Shown piece after piece: positions 1 to 11,032 of a stretch of DNA of 64,000 bases. Made by a program: the position numbers and the translations under genes. Every line of letters begins with the position of its first letter. The first letter of the stretch is position 1. Source of the DNA: the human T2T-CHM13v2.0 reference genome, Homo sapiens. The stretch lies in NCBI RefSeq assembly GCF_009914755.1, contig NC_060940.1; one strand, given 5' to 3'. The notes under the pieces were generated by a model. The model ran no database searches, was not told the origin of the DNA, and saw nothing but the letters and a program-made list of their open reading frames with translations.

Positions 1-735
1 CTCCATCTTCTGCAGCTGCCGGCTAAGCTTGGCATGCAGGGCACGGTCAGATGTGTGGGCAGCATTGCCCACCGCGCTGCGGGCAAACTCCAACAGCTCG
101 TGGACGGCACTCTGGACAGCGGCCACAGCAGCCTGCAGGTCCTGCACCAGCGGCTCCTGTGGCTCAGAGGGGCTACGCCAGCTCCCAGTCGCACCGGCGC
201 TGCCTGCCAGGTCCAGAAGGTGGGCAACGGTGGCGCTCACACCCTGCTGCAGCCGTGCCAGGGCCTCCACAGCAACTTCCAGCTCCAGGGGTTCCCGGCC
301 CGGCCCTGCCACCTCCAAGGAGGACGCAGACTGGCTGCTGCGTGTGCTGCCGGTGCTGGAGGCCGACAGGCGCTTGCCCTCTGCCGGGGCTTCACGTTCA
401 GCTGGGGGAGGCACCGCATACACACCACTGTCGACCACGCCACCATCAGCCACCTCAGGAGGAAGCACCCGTTCACGGGGCACATCGTACAGGGTGCCCG
501 GGCCAGGCCGCCGCAAGCCAGGGGGCACGTCGTAGAGGTCAGGAGCCGGGGGCGGCACGTCATACACGTCCTCGGCCGGCGGGGAGTCTGGAGGGGGCGC
601 AGCCAGTACCAGTGGGGTGCGGGCCGGGTCAAAGGGCTTGGCCTTGGCGAAGGCGGGGGGCACATCGTAGGTCTCCTCACGCAGCAGTGGGCCATCGGGC
701 ACATCCTTGCTCACCGATGGAGGAACGTCGTAGAC
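1..735 (-). CDS. BCAR1: BCAR1 exon 5, partial (runs off the window start): distal YxxP motifs and serine-rich/four-helix bundle region
   Basis: Acceptor ttgtcccccag|GTC at 737/736. Translates VYDVPPSVSKDVPDGPLLREETYDVPPAF...YAVPPPAERE...RLSASSTGSTRSSQS...LHAKLSRQLQKME, matching p130Cas. 245 codons with no stop to base 1. Confidence 0.98.
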
Positions 736-810
736 CTGGGGGACAAGCGGTGGTCAAGACTGTCCATCTGTCCATCTGCCCACCCCAGGGACTGGGGGCA
801 GCACCCAGCC

Positions 811-947
811 ACACACACACACACACGTACACACATACAGACACACACACAGAGGCACGCGCACACACACAGGCACACATACAAATGCAGAGGCACGCAC
901 ACAGGCACACACACGCGCACACACACTCGCAGCCCTAGCACACACAT
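811..947. repeat. Degenerate (CA)n tract in BCAR1 intron 4 (UG-rich in the pre-mRNA)
   Basis: acacacacac...gcacacacat directly visible. Confidence 0.92.
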
Positions 948-1111
948 CCTTCACAATTCCTATCCATGACAGCTCTGGGACGAGCCGGCTCTGGAGCCAG
1001 GTGACCACCCCTGTGCCTGAAGGTGGGAGAGCTTCCTCCCAAAGAATTGCATGTGTTAATTCACATAATTGTGTCACTGCAGACACTCACTGAAAGGTTA
1101 GCTGTGATACT

Positions 1112-1207
1112 GCCACTGCCACCACCATCATATCATGATTTCATCACCATCACCGCCGCTGCCACCTCATCACCACCATCACTGTTACCACCCAGCACCA
1201 CCACCAC
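1112..1207. repeat. Degenerate (CAC/CAT)n trinucleotide tract
   Basis: ccaccaccatcatatcatgatttcatcaccatcacc...caccaccaccac. Confidence 0.8.
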
Positions 1208-1576
1208 GTGTGAACTTTCTACTCTGCAGCAGGTGTGCGACTGAGCTCTGTGTGTATTATCAGGGGACCAAATTCTGGTTTGCCCAGGACAGTGCTGGTT
1301 TGTCCCTGATGCCCCCACATAATTACTAGTCCCCCCTTCACTCTTGGAAGTATCCCAGGTGAGATGACACATCCCGTGGTCACCTTGCGGATACCCTCTC
1401 AGGAGCTCATGGAGAAGGCCTCGCAACAGGCGGTTCTGCCGACAAAGAACCTGAGGCTCAGAAGACAGCTTGATTTCCTCATCTGTCAACCATCCAGAAC
1501 CAGGGTCTGGAGCCAGTCTCTTCCTGCCCGCCACCCCCAGCCCTGCAGACACTGGTCAGCACCCCTGTGCACACAC

Positions 1577-1630
1577 CCAGACACCCCACAGCCTCAGCCT
1601 GGCCCTGGCATTGCCCTGGCATTTGCTCAC
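1577..1630 (-). CDS. BCAR1: Possible in-frame 54-nt extension of exon 4 via a downstream donor (adds VSKCQGNARARLRLWGVW)
   Basis: Frame stays open to TGG|gtgtgt at 1577/1576. Matches my recollection of an 18-aa insertion isoform; not verifiable here. Confidence 0.6.
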
Positions 1631-1747
1631 TGCGTGGTGGTTGGACGGTGGCAGGCCCTTCTCCACACTGGGGGGCACGTCATACACCTCCAGCAACGGG
1701 TCTCGGCCATTGGGACCCTTGACAGCCATGGGGGGTGTGTCATACAC
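1631..1747 (-). CDS. BCAR1: BCAR1 exon 4 (117 nt, phase 0-0): VYDTPPMAVKGPNGRDPLLEVYDVPPSVEKGLPPSNHHA
   Basis: Acceptor ttctgccccag|GTG, donor GCA|gtgagc. Two YxxP motifs. Confidence 0.98.
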
Positions 1748-1931
1748 CTGGGGCAGAAACAGTGCAGGGTTAACGGCGCCAGGGCCACTTGGGGGAATAG
1801 GAAAGGTGGGAACCCCGCAGCACCGTCCCCAGGCCTGGCCGGGGCTGAGAAGATGCAGCTCTCGGCCCAGGGCCAAGCAGAGGCACAGACTTGCCGCCCT
1901 GCCCTCCCACCGCTGCGCACCCCACACCTAC

Positions 1932-2093
1932 CTCCTGGCCATACTGGCTGGGAAGCAGCCCCCGAACCGGGGGCACATCATAGATGTCCTGTGGCCCCGG
2001 GGCCAGCAGGTGTCGCGGGATGTCGTACTCGTCCTGCTCCGGCTGGGCGGCCTCGTATACATAGCCCTGCCCCACGCGGGTGGGCACCACCAC
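1932..2093 (-). CDS. BCAR1: BCAR1 exon 3 (162 nt, phase 0-0): VVVPTRVGQGYVYEAAQPEQDEYDIPRHLLAPGPQDIYDVPPVRGLLPSQYGQE
   Basis: Acceptor tctgcccccag|GTG, donor GAG|gtaggt. Confidence 0.98.
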
Positions 2094-2839
2094 CTGGGGG
2101 CAGAGAGCCGACTTCACTGCTGCCCTCAAACCAGCCCTTAGGGAGGCTCCACTCACACCTGGGAGCCACGTCCTTTTAGGAGGTGGGCAGGGCACACCAG
2201 GTGGAAGGGACGGGGCTCCCCAAGGATGCCAGTTCTCACCCCCTCTGCACCATCTGACCTTCCTCTAGCAGAACGCAGTGCCAGGTACGGCAAGAACTCT
2301 GGGTTTTATTCAGAGCTGCCTCGTCCTGGGCCAGGACACCAACGTCTCTACAGCCTGCTGACCCAGAAGGCTCCACAGAGGAGCATGGGTATGAGCTGAT
2401 GACACCGGTGGGGTGAGGGGCTGAGGCCCTGGCTCTGGAGGGCACTACCCACAGGCAAGGAACCCCCCGTTACTGGGGCGCCTAGCCCCACAGGACAAGA
2501 GGCCACGTCGGAGGCCTGGGAGTCTGCTGCCCACACCACCTAGCTGTAGCCTCCTCAGAAGGGTTGGCCCAGCAGGGGACTGCATCCGGCCCAGGACCAG
2601 ATAGAGCCTAGCACCCCCTGCCCCACAGCACAGCATGGGGAGACTCTGGAGGACAGGGCCAGAGGGGCAGGTTGGGTGTGTGCTGGGGGGCGCAGCAGCT
2701 GGGACCAAGGCCCCCTCCCTGCCGCGCCTGCCCCGGGGGAGCTGCCTGCAGCAGGTAAGATCCCCAGCGACCTGAAAGGATGAGGCCTAGTGGGGGAAGT
2801 GGGTCCAGGGCCAGCCCTCCCCTCCCCAGGTGCTCTTAC

Positions 2840-2842
2840 CAT
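2840..2842 (-). CDS. BCAR1: Coding end (ATG only) of an internal alternative first exon; would give an SH3-less isoform M-VVVPTRV...
   Basis: gggtcATG|gtaaga: ATG followed directly by a strong donor, phase 0, 750 bp upstream of exon 3. 5' boundary of the exon unknown. Confidence 0.65.
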
Positions 2843-5792
2843 GACCCAGAGCCCAGGGAAGCCAAGGCCCGCACAGTGGGTGAAGAGGCAGGCAGCACAA
2901 TGGCCTGCCCAGGGCCACAGGACCCCTCACCAGCACCAGCCTGAAGCGGGTAGGGGCCATGCCAGGCAGCCTCCTTCCCTGAAGGTCTCCCTGCCTTGGG
3001 GAGGTCAAGGCCTCCCTGGTGGGATTCTCCAGCCCCCGGGCACACTGCGCCCACACGCCTCCACCACCAGGCTCCCTGTTCAGCTCTCTCCACTGAAAGA
3101 CCTTTTGTTCCTTCATCAAAGGGGATGTCTGGGACAGGGTTGACTCAGGGCCTCCCCGCACATCCCCCAGGGCAGCAGCGCCAAAGCAGCCCCTCCCCCG
3201 GGCCCAGTGCCCCTGAACCCCTAGAGGCCCTCCCAATGCAGGCAGGCAGCCAGCCCTGCTTGCTGAGGGTGCTGTGAGGGGGGCGCTGAGCATGGGGGTG
3301 GCAGAGGCGCCAGCACCCCCCAGCAGCCGCAGGCCTGGCAGAGCCCCCCGCAGCGCAGCAGAACTGGGCCCACTAGGTCTCCAGCACGCCTGGTAGCAGA
3401 GTCCCGGCTGGGGGCCTCCGTGGGGTGTCCCCGCCCCCTTCCAGTGCGTCTGGGAGTGGATTTGGCGGCTGCCTCTCCAGACTCATCTCCCTCCACGCGC
3501 CCCAGACTTGAGTCTCCTCCAGAACTATTTTTAGATGCAGGGACCTGCCAACAGCGGGGCAGGCGGGGCGGAGGGACGTGGCAGGTTGGCTGGGCCTCGA
3601 GGCACGGCCTGAGGCTTCTCCAGGCCTCCCAGCCTCCCAAAGGCAGGTGGGGACCCAGCCTCAAGGCTCAGCCAGGACCCAGCACCAGCAGGAGGGATGA
3701 GCATCCTCCAAAAGCACCCTGCCGGTGGCCATCCCAACCTCACGCGGTGAGGCCCAGGGGTGCAGCTGGACCCAGGCCTGCCTCCCCAGGCAAATGGCCG
3801 CCTGCCACTCTTGGAGCTGAGTCGGGTGGCAGTAGGCAGCCACAGTGACCAAATGTTTCTGTTAGAAAAACAGAGCAACGCAGCCACCAGGGGGAAAAGC
3901 TCTTTAGGGGAATGACTCAGCCCCACTGCTAATCACAGGCCACCCTGCTGCACACCTGAGACCCCACTAGCAGGCCGTGGAGGTCCCCCGGGGGTTAGGG
4001 GAACACAGCCAGAGCCCAGGAGGAGAGAACAGAGGCACAGTCACTGACATAAGACCCACACGGTCTCTGACACACATGCCTCATACAATGCAGAGAAAAC
4101 ACAGCACAGGCCCACTGCCAGGTGCACGCACAGAACCCAGGCAGCCCCAGGGCCAGGGTGCCGCCCCTCTCCTCCCCTACGATCAGGCATCAAGCGGGGG
4201 GACAAGCGAACTCAGGAATACATCCCAGCCTCCCGGTAAGGGCCCCAGAGGCAGGTGTCAGGTCGGAGGAAGGGGACAAAGTGGGCCCCCGCCCTGGAGC
4301 TCAGTGGCTGGTCTCCCCCTTCTGCAAAATGGGTGTCGCCCCTGACCTGGGTTGGCTCCCGGCTCTGGCACCCCCAGGTCCCAATCCAGGAGCCTCGTTT
4401 CCTCCTTGGGAAATGGAGCACCACAGGAGCGCTGCGACCACGGCCACCAGGACACACCCCAGCATGAGGGGCTCACCCGACCTGGGTCATGGTGGCCTGA
4501 GGGGCCACCACCATAGCCCGCTCCCCTCCCTCCCCAGCTCCAGGCACCCCAGCCTGAGGTCCCAGCACAGGGGAGCCTGGGGCAAGATGAAGCTTCTAGG
4601 GCGAGGAGGGTGAAACACAGGCCCGACAGGACCACGTGCACGCCTGACCTCACGCCATGGCTGTCTCCTTAGACACTGACCAGGGGCACTACCTGAGCGA
4701 CCTCCCACAGACGCCTTCCCCCGGGGGTCCCATCTGACCATGAAAGAGCCTCTGCCCTCAGATTCCTACAGCCCACACCCGGCCCAAAGAGTCTCGGTGC
4801 CAGTGTGGCCCTCACCTCTCCCTCAGCCATACGGGCCACCAGGCTCCCACCTTAGCAACCACTGGACCCTGCTCCAGGGCCCAGGGTTCTGACCCTCCTG
4901 GCCACCATCCTTGTCACTCACCCTCTTGGCTTCCTGAGAGCCAGTGTCCCTCCCGCCCACGTGAAGTCCTGGCAAGGGCTCCTTCTCAGCCCAGCCAACC
5001 ACTACCCTGGAACTGGGAGACTCAGTTTCCCAGGCATTTGAGGGGCAGGCCTGAGGCTTGGAGGGGAGCACCTGGAGGTTCAGACACAGATGTCCCGCAG
5101 CCAGGTGTTACCGCCGTGCCACCGTAATGAAGGCATGAGCAATCGGAAACTGCCCAGGGCCCGCCCCAGCAGAGGGGGCAACCCAGCAAAGTCCAAGGCG
5201 GCTCAGGGACAAGCTTTAAGAATTCAACAAAATGCTTTTGATATCTAATGTTGGATTTACAACTTTGAAATGCAAAACTGCATGTATAAATCTGTGAAAC
5301 ACAGGGCAGATACTAGACAAAATATGCCAGAATTTCCCAGTGATTACCGCGATTGGAAAATTTCATCTCCAGACTTTCCCATACATTATGCATTTTCTAC
5401 AGCAAACAAGCATTGCTTTTGTGATCATAAAATACAAGCAGACACAATCAAGACTGGGGGAGGTTTCCTGGGGGAGAGCAGCCAGGCCCAGGACACAGGG
5501 CTCTCCTTCCTGGGCCATCAGCCAGGTCAGGGCCCTTGGGGCACAGGTCTGGGCAGCTCTACCAGTGGGCATGGGCAGAGAAGGACCCAGCTGGCTGAGC
5601 CCCTGATGCAATTGAGAGCAGGCCCCCTGCCGGAGACGGAGACAGAACAGCTGCCAAAACACAGCCTCGAGGCCGGGCTCTGTCTGGGGGTCTCGCTGCT
5701 GCTCCCCAGCCCACAGGGCTTCCAGCCGCACCAGGACAAGCTTCACTGCAAAGGCGGGAGAGGAGGGGTGGGGATGTGCCTGACCTTGGGGC

Positions 5793-6150
5793 ATGTGCAG
5801 TGTGGACTGTGTGTGCGTGTGCATACGCACATACATTTGTACGTTTGTGGGATACTGGTGGGTGCACACGCTTTGTATGTGTGGACGTACACGTGTCTGT
5901 GTGTGGGGTGAGTATGCACGTGTGTTTACACATATGGGGTTTGGGTGTGTGCGTGTTCATGCATATGATGTGCGCATGTGTGGGCGTATACGTGTGTCCA
6001 TTTATGGGGTATGGGATGCAGATATGTGCATGTATTCACGCACATTCATGTAGCGCATGTGTGTGTTCGTGCATATGGTGTGTGCATGGGTGTTCGTATC
6101 TGTGGGGTACAGGCATCATGCACGTGTGTTCATCTGTGTGGGGTGTGGGT
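5793..6150. repeat. Degenerate (TG)n / purine-pyrimidine alternating tract in BCAR1 intron 2 (CA-rich in the pre-mRNA)
   Basis: gtgtgtgcgtgtgcatacgcac...gtgtggggtgtggg. Confidence 0.9.
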
Positions 6151-7218
6151 ATACCTGGACTGTGGCCTGAGGCTCCCCTACAGGACACTGCTCCCTGCCG
6201 CCTCCCCAGGGGATAACAGGACCCTGCTCCTCTTGCTAAAGCCAGTTTGGGAGCACCCCCACCCAGGCACCCCACGCCAGCCAGGCTCGCCTCTGACCAG
6301 ATGGCTGAAGGAGCAGGTAGAGCAGGAAGTGGGAGCCAGTGACCCAGGTTCCCCTGGTGGCCAGGCTTGGTGGCCCATGTCCATGGAGTCCCCCACCCGC
6401 CAACGACCTCCGGCCATGCCTCCTGGGTACCAGGCCACCCATGGGCGGGGGTGGGGGTAACTCCCAGCTGACTCGCTGCCCAGCTGGCACCAATGAGGTC
6501 TCCACCTCAGCCCTGGGCTGAGTGTCTAGTGCTGACTCCTTCCTACAGGCAGGTGAGCTTGGGAGGCAGGGGCCCTGTGGACTTGGGAAGCGGGCTCAGG
6601 GTCTGGAGGCCAGAGGTCTTGTCCCCAGGCCCAGCATCCCATCAGCAAGAGCCCAGGAGGCTCTCAGGGCAGTCCTCCTCTAGCAATCTCAGGGGCAGCG
6701 TCCTCCCAGGAGTCACATCCAGATCACCATACGCACCCGCTGGCCCCTAGCATGTTCCATAAGTGGAGAGGGGTTGGCCTGTGGAGGCAGGGGCGGCCAG
6801 AAGATGTGCCGGAACCCCATCTAGAGGCTGACACGTAAACCCAGATGGCACAGGGGAGCCTGAGCATGAAGTGGCTGGCCTCTCCCTTGCGGGGGCCCAG
6901 CAACTGCCGACCCCATGTGCCAAGCCCCGCCTGCCCACTGGAACGCCTCAACAGGCTGCTCCCTGTGGTTGGTGACACCACCACTCGGGTCGGCTTGGCT
7001 GAGGCCAGCGGAGCATCTCCCCTCTGGGTCCATTCACATCCATCTTCCCCGGACAAATGAACACCCCCCAAACACTCACTTCCCACTTTGACCCCAGACC
7101 AAACACACAGCCACTCCTGGAATGCCGGTGATTGAGGGTGGCTGGACCCTTCTGTGCCCACAAACCAGGGCCTGGGCTATACCTGTGTGGCTGCACAACT
7201 GTGCCAGGACAGCCTTAC

Positions 7219-7839
7219 CTTTGCCGGGGGCTTCGTGCCCTCCCAGCTGCGTGTGTCCATGGACGGGGGGACCTGGTAGATGTCATGCCCCATCCCGGCA
7301 GAAGGTGGCACCTGGTAAATATCCTGGGCAGGGCCTCCAGGCCCTGGGGGCACCTGGTACAGGTCTGTGGCCGGGCTGGGAAACGGGTGATGGGGTGTCT
7401 GCTTCGAGAAGGTGGATGTCTGCTTGGCTGGGGGAGACTGGAACTGAGGGCTGGGACCCGGGACTTGGTAGAGGCCTTGCTGAGCCTTGCTGGGAGTGGG
7501 CACCAGGTAGACGCTGTCTGGCTGGGGCTGGTAGGTGTTGGGGAGCATGGGCGTGTACTGGGAGGCCGGAGGCGCTGGGGCATGGAGGCCAGGCTGAGGC
7601 TGGGCCGGGGTGGCGGGAGGGCCGGGGCCAGGCCCTGCTGGCTTCTTATCATACATGCCCACCAAGATCTTGAGGCGGTTCCCAGGCACGATGCCCTGGC
7701 GCCCATGCAGCGAGCAGAGCCACCAGCCGTCCAGGCCCTGCGTGTCCTGCTCCAGCACCGTCATGATGTCACCCTTGCGGAAGGAGAGCTCATCCGGGGA
7801 CTCGGCCACATTGTCATAGAGCGCTTTGGCCAGCACGTT
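7219..7839 (-). CDS. BCAR1: BCAR1 exon 2 (621 nt, phase 0-0): SH3 domain, Pro-rich linker, YLVP plus four YQVP motifs
   Basis: Acceptor ctctctccccag|AAC. Translates NVLAKALYDNVAESPDELSFRKGDIMTVLEQDTQGLDGWWLCSLHGRQGIVPGNRL...KPPAK. Donor AAG|gtaagg. Confidence 0.99.
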
Positions 7840-10709
7840 CTGGGGAGAGAGGACACAGGTGTGAGAACAGAAGGATGTGCATGGGGCGTCAGGGGCTCCC
7901 CAGCTCCTGCCCTGCTCTGGGGAGGTGCCCAGCTTTGATACTAGGAAAAGAACTCAGTGGAGTTTGGCGAGATCATTGTGCCTTTGCCTCCACTGTCCCC
8001 ACCTGTTCCCCAGCAGAAAGGCCCAGCTGATCCTGGCCTTTCTTTCAACTGCACCTGTATAGCACCTCAAAATCCTCTTGACCACTGTCACCACCAAAAC
8101 TCCAGGGATGACCCTCAAGATATCCCTAAAAGCCCCACCCAAGGCCACTCTGCTACCTGGACCAACACAAGGAGAGCGGCAGTAATCACGACAAAGCTGC
8201 CAAGTTAAAACAAATAGCAAATGGTTCTCTCTCGAGGTGCACGAAAATAATCTGACAAAAAGAACAGCTTCTTAGGATAAAAAAATGAACAACAATAAGA
8301 CAGAGCTTCCTTAACAAAGTCTATCTACCCCAAATCCAAAAAGTCAGTAATTAATTTAGAAACTTCAAACACCTTCCCCAAGGCTGGGAAAGAAACAGGA
8401 GGCACACCCTCCCTGTCCTGGCCCCGTCGCCCTCAGCAAACCCTTGCAGAGCCGGGTACGTGCTCCATGTGGCCCAGGAGCCAAGCAGTCCGAGAGGGAC
8501 TTGGAGGAGGCTGTGGGATCAGAGGCATGAGTGCCGTGGCGAGGGCAGGGGCGGAGCCTCGCTGGGACACTAGAGCCCAGGCAGGGAGGCCTCGCAGTTT
8601 CCCACCACACACTCATGCATCCTCGCCCCTGCCGCTGCTGCCCCATCGAGGTGCCAGGCGCAGGATGGGCCCAGAGAGACAGAGGATCCCTGGCTGGAGG
8701 GTGTGGGCGGTTGCAGCAAAAGGCAGGTGTGAGGGAGGCACGGGGTGAGACAAGGCCAGGGCTGCGGCCCCTCCTAGGGCAGCAGAGGGCTGCATGGGTT
8801 CCACAGGGGCCCCAGACTTCACACACAGGGAAGCCGGGTGTGAGAACAGTGCCAGGCTGGCTGGACAGTGACCGGCACTGGGCTCCAGCCACCCCACCAG
8901 CCTGGCCTCAGCTCTGGGCTGCCCTGCAAGGTCCCTCCTCAGAGTCTCCTGGCGTCTTAGATGTGCAGCCTGGTCGAGACTCTGACTCGGAAATGGGACC
9001 TGGGTTCTGGCCAGCCAGTAGCTGTGTGACCATCCCCACTTGGGCCCAAGTCCCACTTTCTGGACTCCATCTGCAAGGAGTGAAACAAGGAAGAAAGGGC
9101 CACGCCCCCTTGGGCAGAAACAGGAAGCAGGAGCCTGTGCCTTGGGGCAGAGGAGTGGGGGTGAGGCCTCTTTCAAGTCCCTAGGGCCCACCCTCCTCCC
9201 CTATATGAGCAGGGGCTGGACAGTGCCCCTCTGAGCGCCATCTCCCTGGCCGGCATCAGAGGGCGATGGCATACCAGGCAGCGGCCTGGGTAGGCAGTAG
9301 TTGCCCCAGGTCCCAGGATCAGACATTCAGACCCCATGGTTCACTTGCCCTGGGTGGACATCATCAGCAGGGAGCCCATTTCTCCAGAGCAGCTAGGAGC
9401 CTCCAGTCCCTAAAAGGGCCAGAGGCTGGAGTGTGGAGAGCCAGGAGGAGCAAGGCCCAAGGGAGGGGCCAGGGGGCAGCTAGGAGAGGGCAGGCCCAGG
9501 TGGAGTCATATTGGAGCCAAGGTGAGCACAAGGGCAGAGGCCCTGGATGGCTGCAACACTGTCCACACCATGATTACAACAAAATGAAAAAGGCACTCAA
9601 GTGAAAAGCACATCTCAAGAAAATGTCCTGTGAAACGTAAAGACAAGAGAGGGTCAGGAAGACACCAGAGATGTCTGAGACAATGGAGATAGTTTCTCTT
9701 CCTGTTTTTCAGGAATGAGTGTTTCTTGCTTTGGGGCTGAAAAACTACACAAAAAGAAAAAAAAAGAAAACGGTGGACTATGTCCCAGGCTCTGAGGCAG
9801 GACGGGACAGGCAGTGCGGCAGGTCTAGGGGCCAGAGCCCCACAGAGGAGCGGGAGGGCGGGGGCTGTCCTGCAGCCCACCGGGCTCAGGGCCCCCATCC
9901 CAGGCGGCCAGCAAGACAAGCATTTCCCAAATATGGTCTGCAGCCTGCCTCTGGGAATCACAGCCCATCGGGGGCGGGCCACCCTTCCCCAGTGACCCTA
10001 CACACCACAGAGCTGCCCCTCCGGGTCCCCCAGCCCCTGCCCTGGTGACCACAGGAAGTGCCAGCAGAGTGAGTCACAGGAAAATTCCCCTCCAGCCAAG
10101 TCAGAGAAGGTGGGGGTTTAGACAGAGGGGACCGCCCCGCGAAGGCCCCTCACCTCCTAGGAGGGTGGCCCAGGAAAGGCTGGCAGAGGCCCCATCAGGC
10201 AGGGCCAGGCACTCAGAGAGGCTGAGGGAGCACAGGCAGGGAGGCCGGGGGCTCTGTGGAGGGAAGGGCCCTGCAGGGAGGGAAAGCCCGGCCCAGGTGA
10301 GCGGCTGGGGCCTCTGGCCTCACAGCCCAGCCCTGCCAGGCATGAGCTCACTGATCGGCCACAGCCCAGTCTGGGGCCGCTGAAGCCAGGCTGGGAAGCA
10401 TCTCACAGGCTGGGCACGTGGCACCAGGCGCCTGGCACCAGGAGCTTCCCCGCCTGCGTCAGCTGGTGTGCCCCCGCCCAGCCTGAGCTCTGGACGCTGC
10501 TGGTACACAACCGACCACTCCAGCTGGCCAGGGCCCCCGCCTCTCCGGGCCTCTCTGCCTCCTGTTCTGTTCCCTAAGGACATGCACTCCTTCTTCCTCA
10601 CTAGGCAGACTCAGACCTGGGCCCGGCTGTGGGACTTTGGGCAAATCCCTTAGCCTCTCTGAGCATCTAGATCCTCTCTGCTGGATGACAGCCCTCATTT
10701 CATAGGATT

Positions 10710-11032
<323 letters not shown>

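Noticed and set aside
29-969. Long plus-strand ORFs (311, 295 and 168 aa)
   Set aside because: Antisense shadows of GC-rich BCAR1 exon 5 extended through the CA repeat (THTHT tails); no independent gene signals.
5270-6460. Cys/Val/His-rich ORFs
   Set aside because: Translations of the TG/CA simple repeat and an old L1-like AT-rich fragment.
7122-7938. Plus-strand ORFs of 183 and 268 aa
   Set aside because: Antisense shadows of BCAR1 exon 2.
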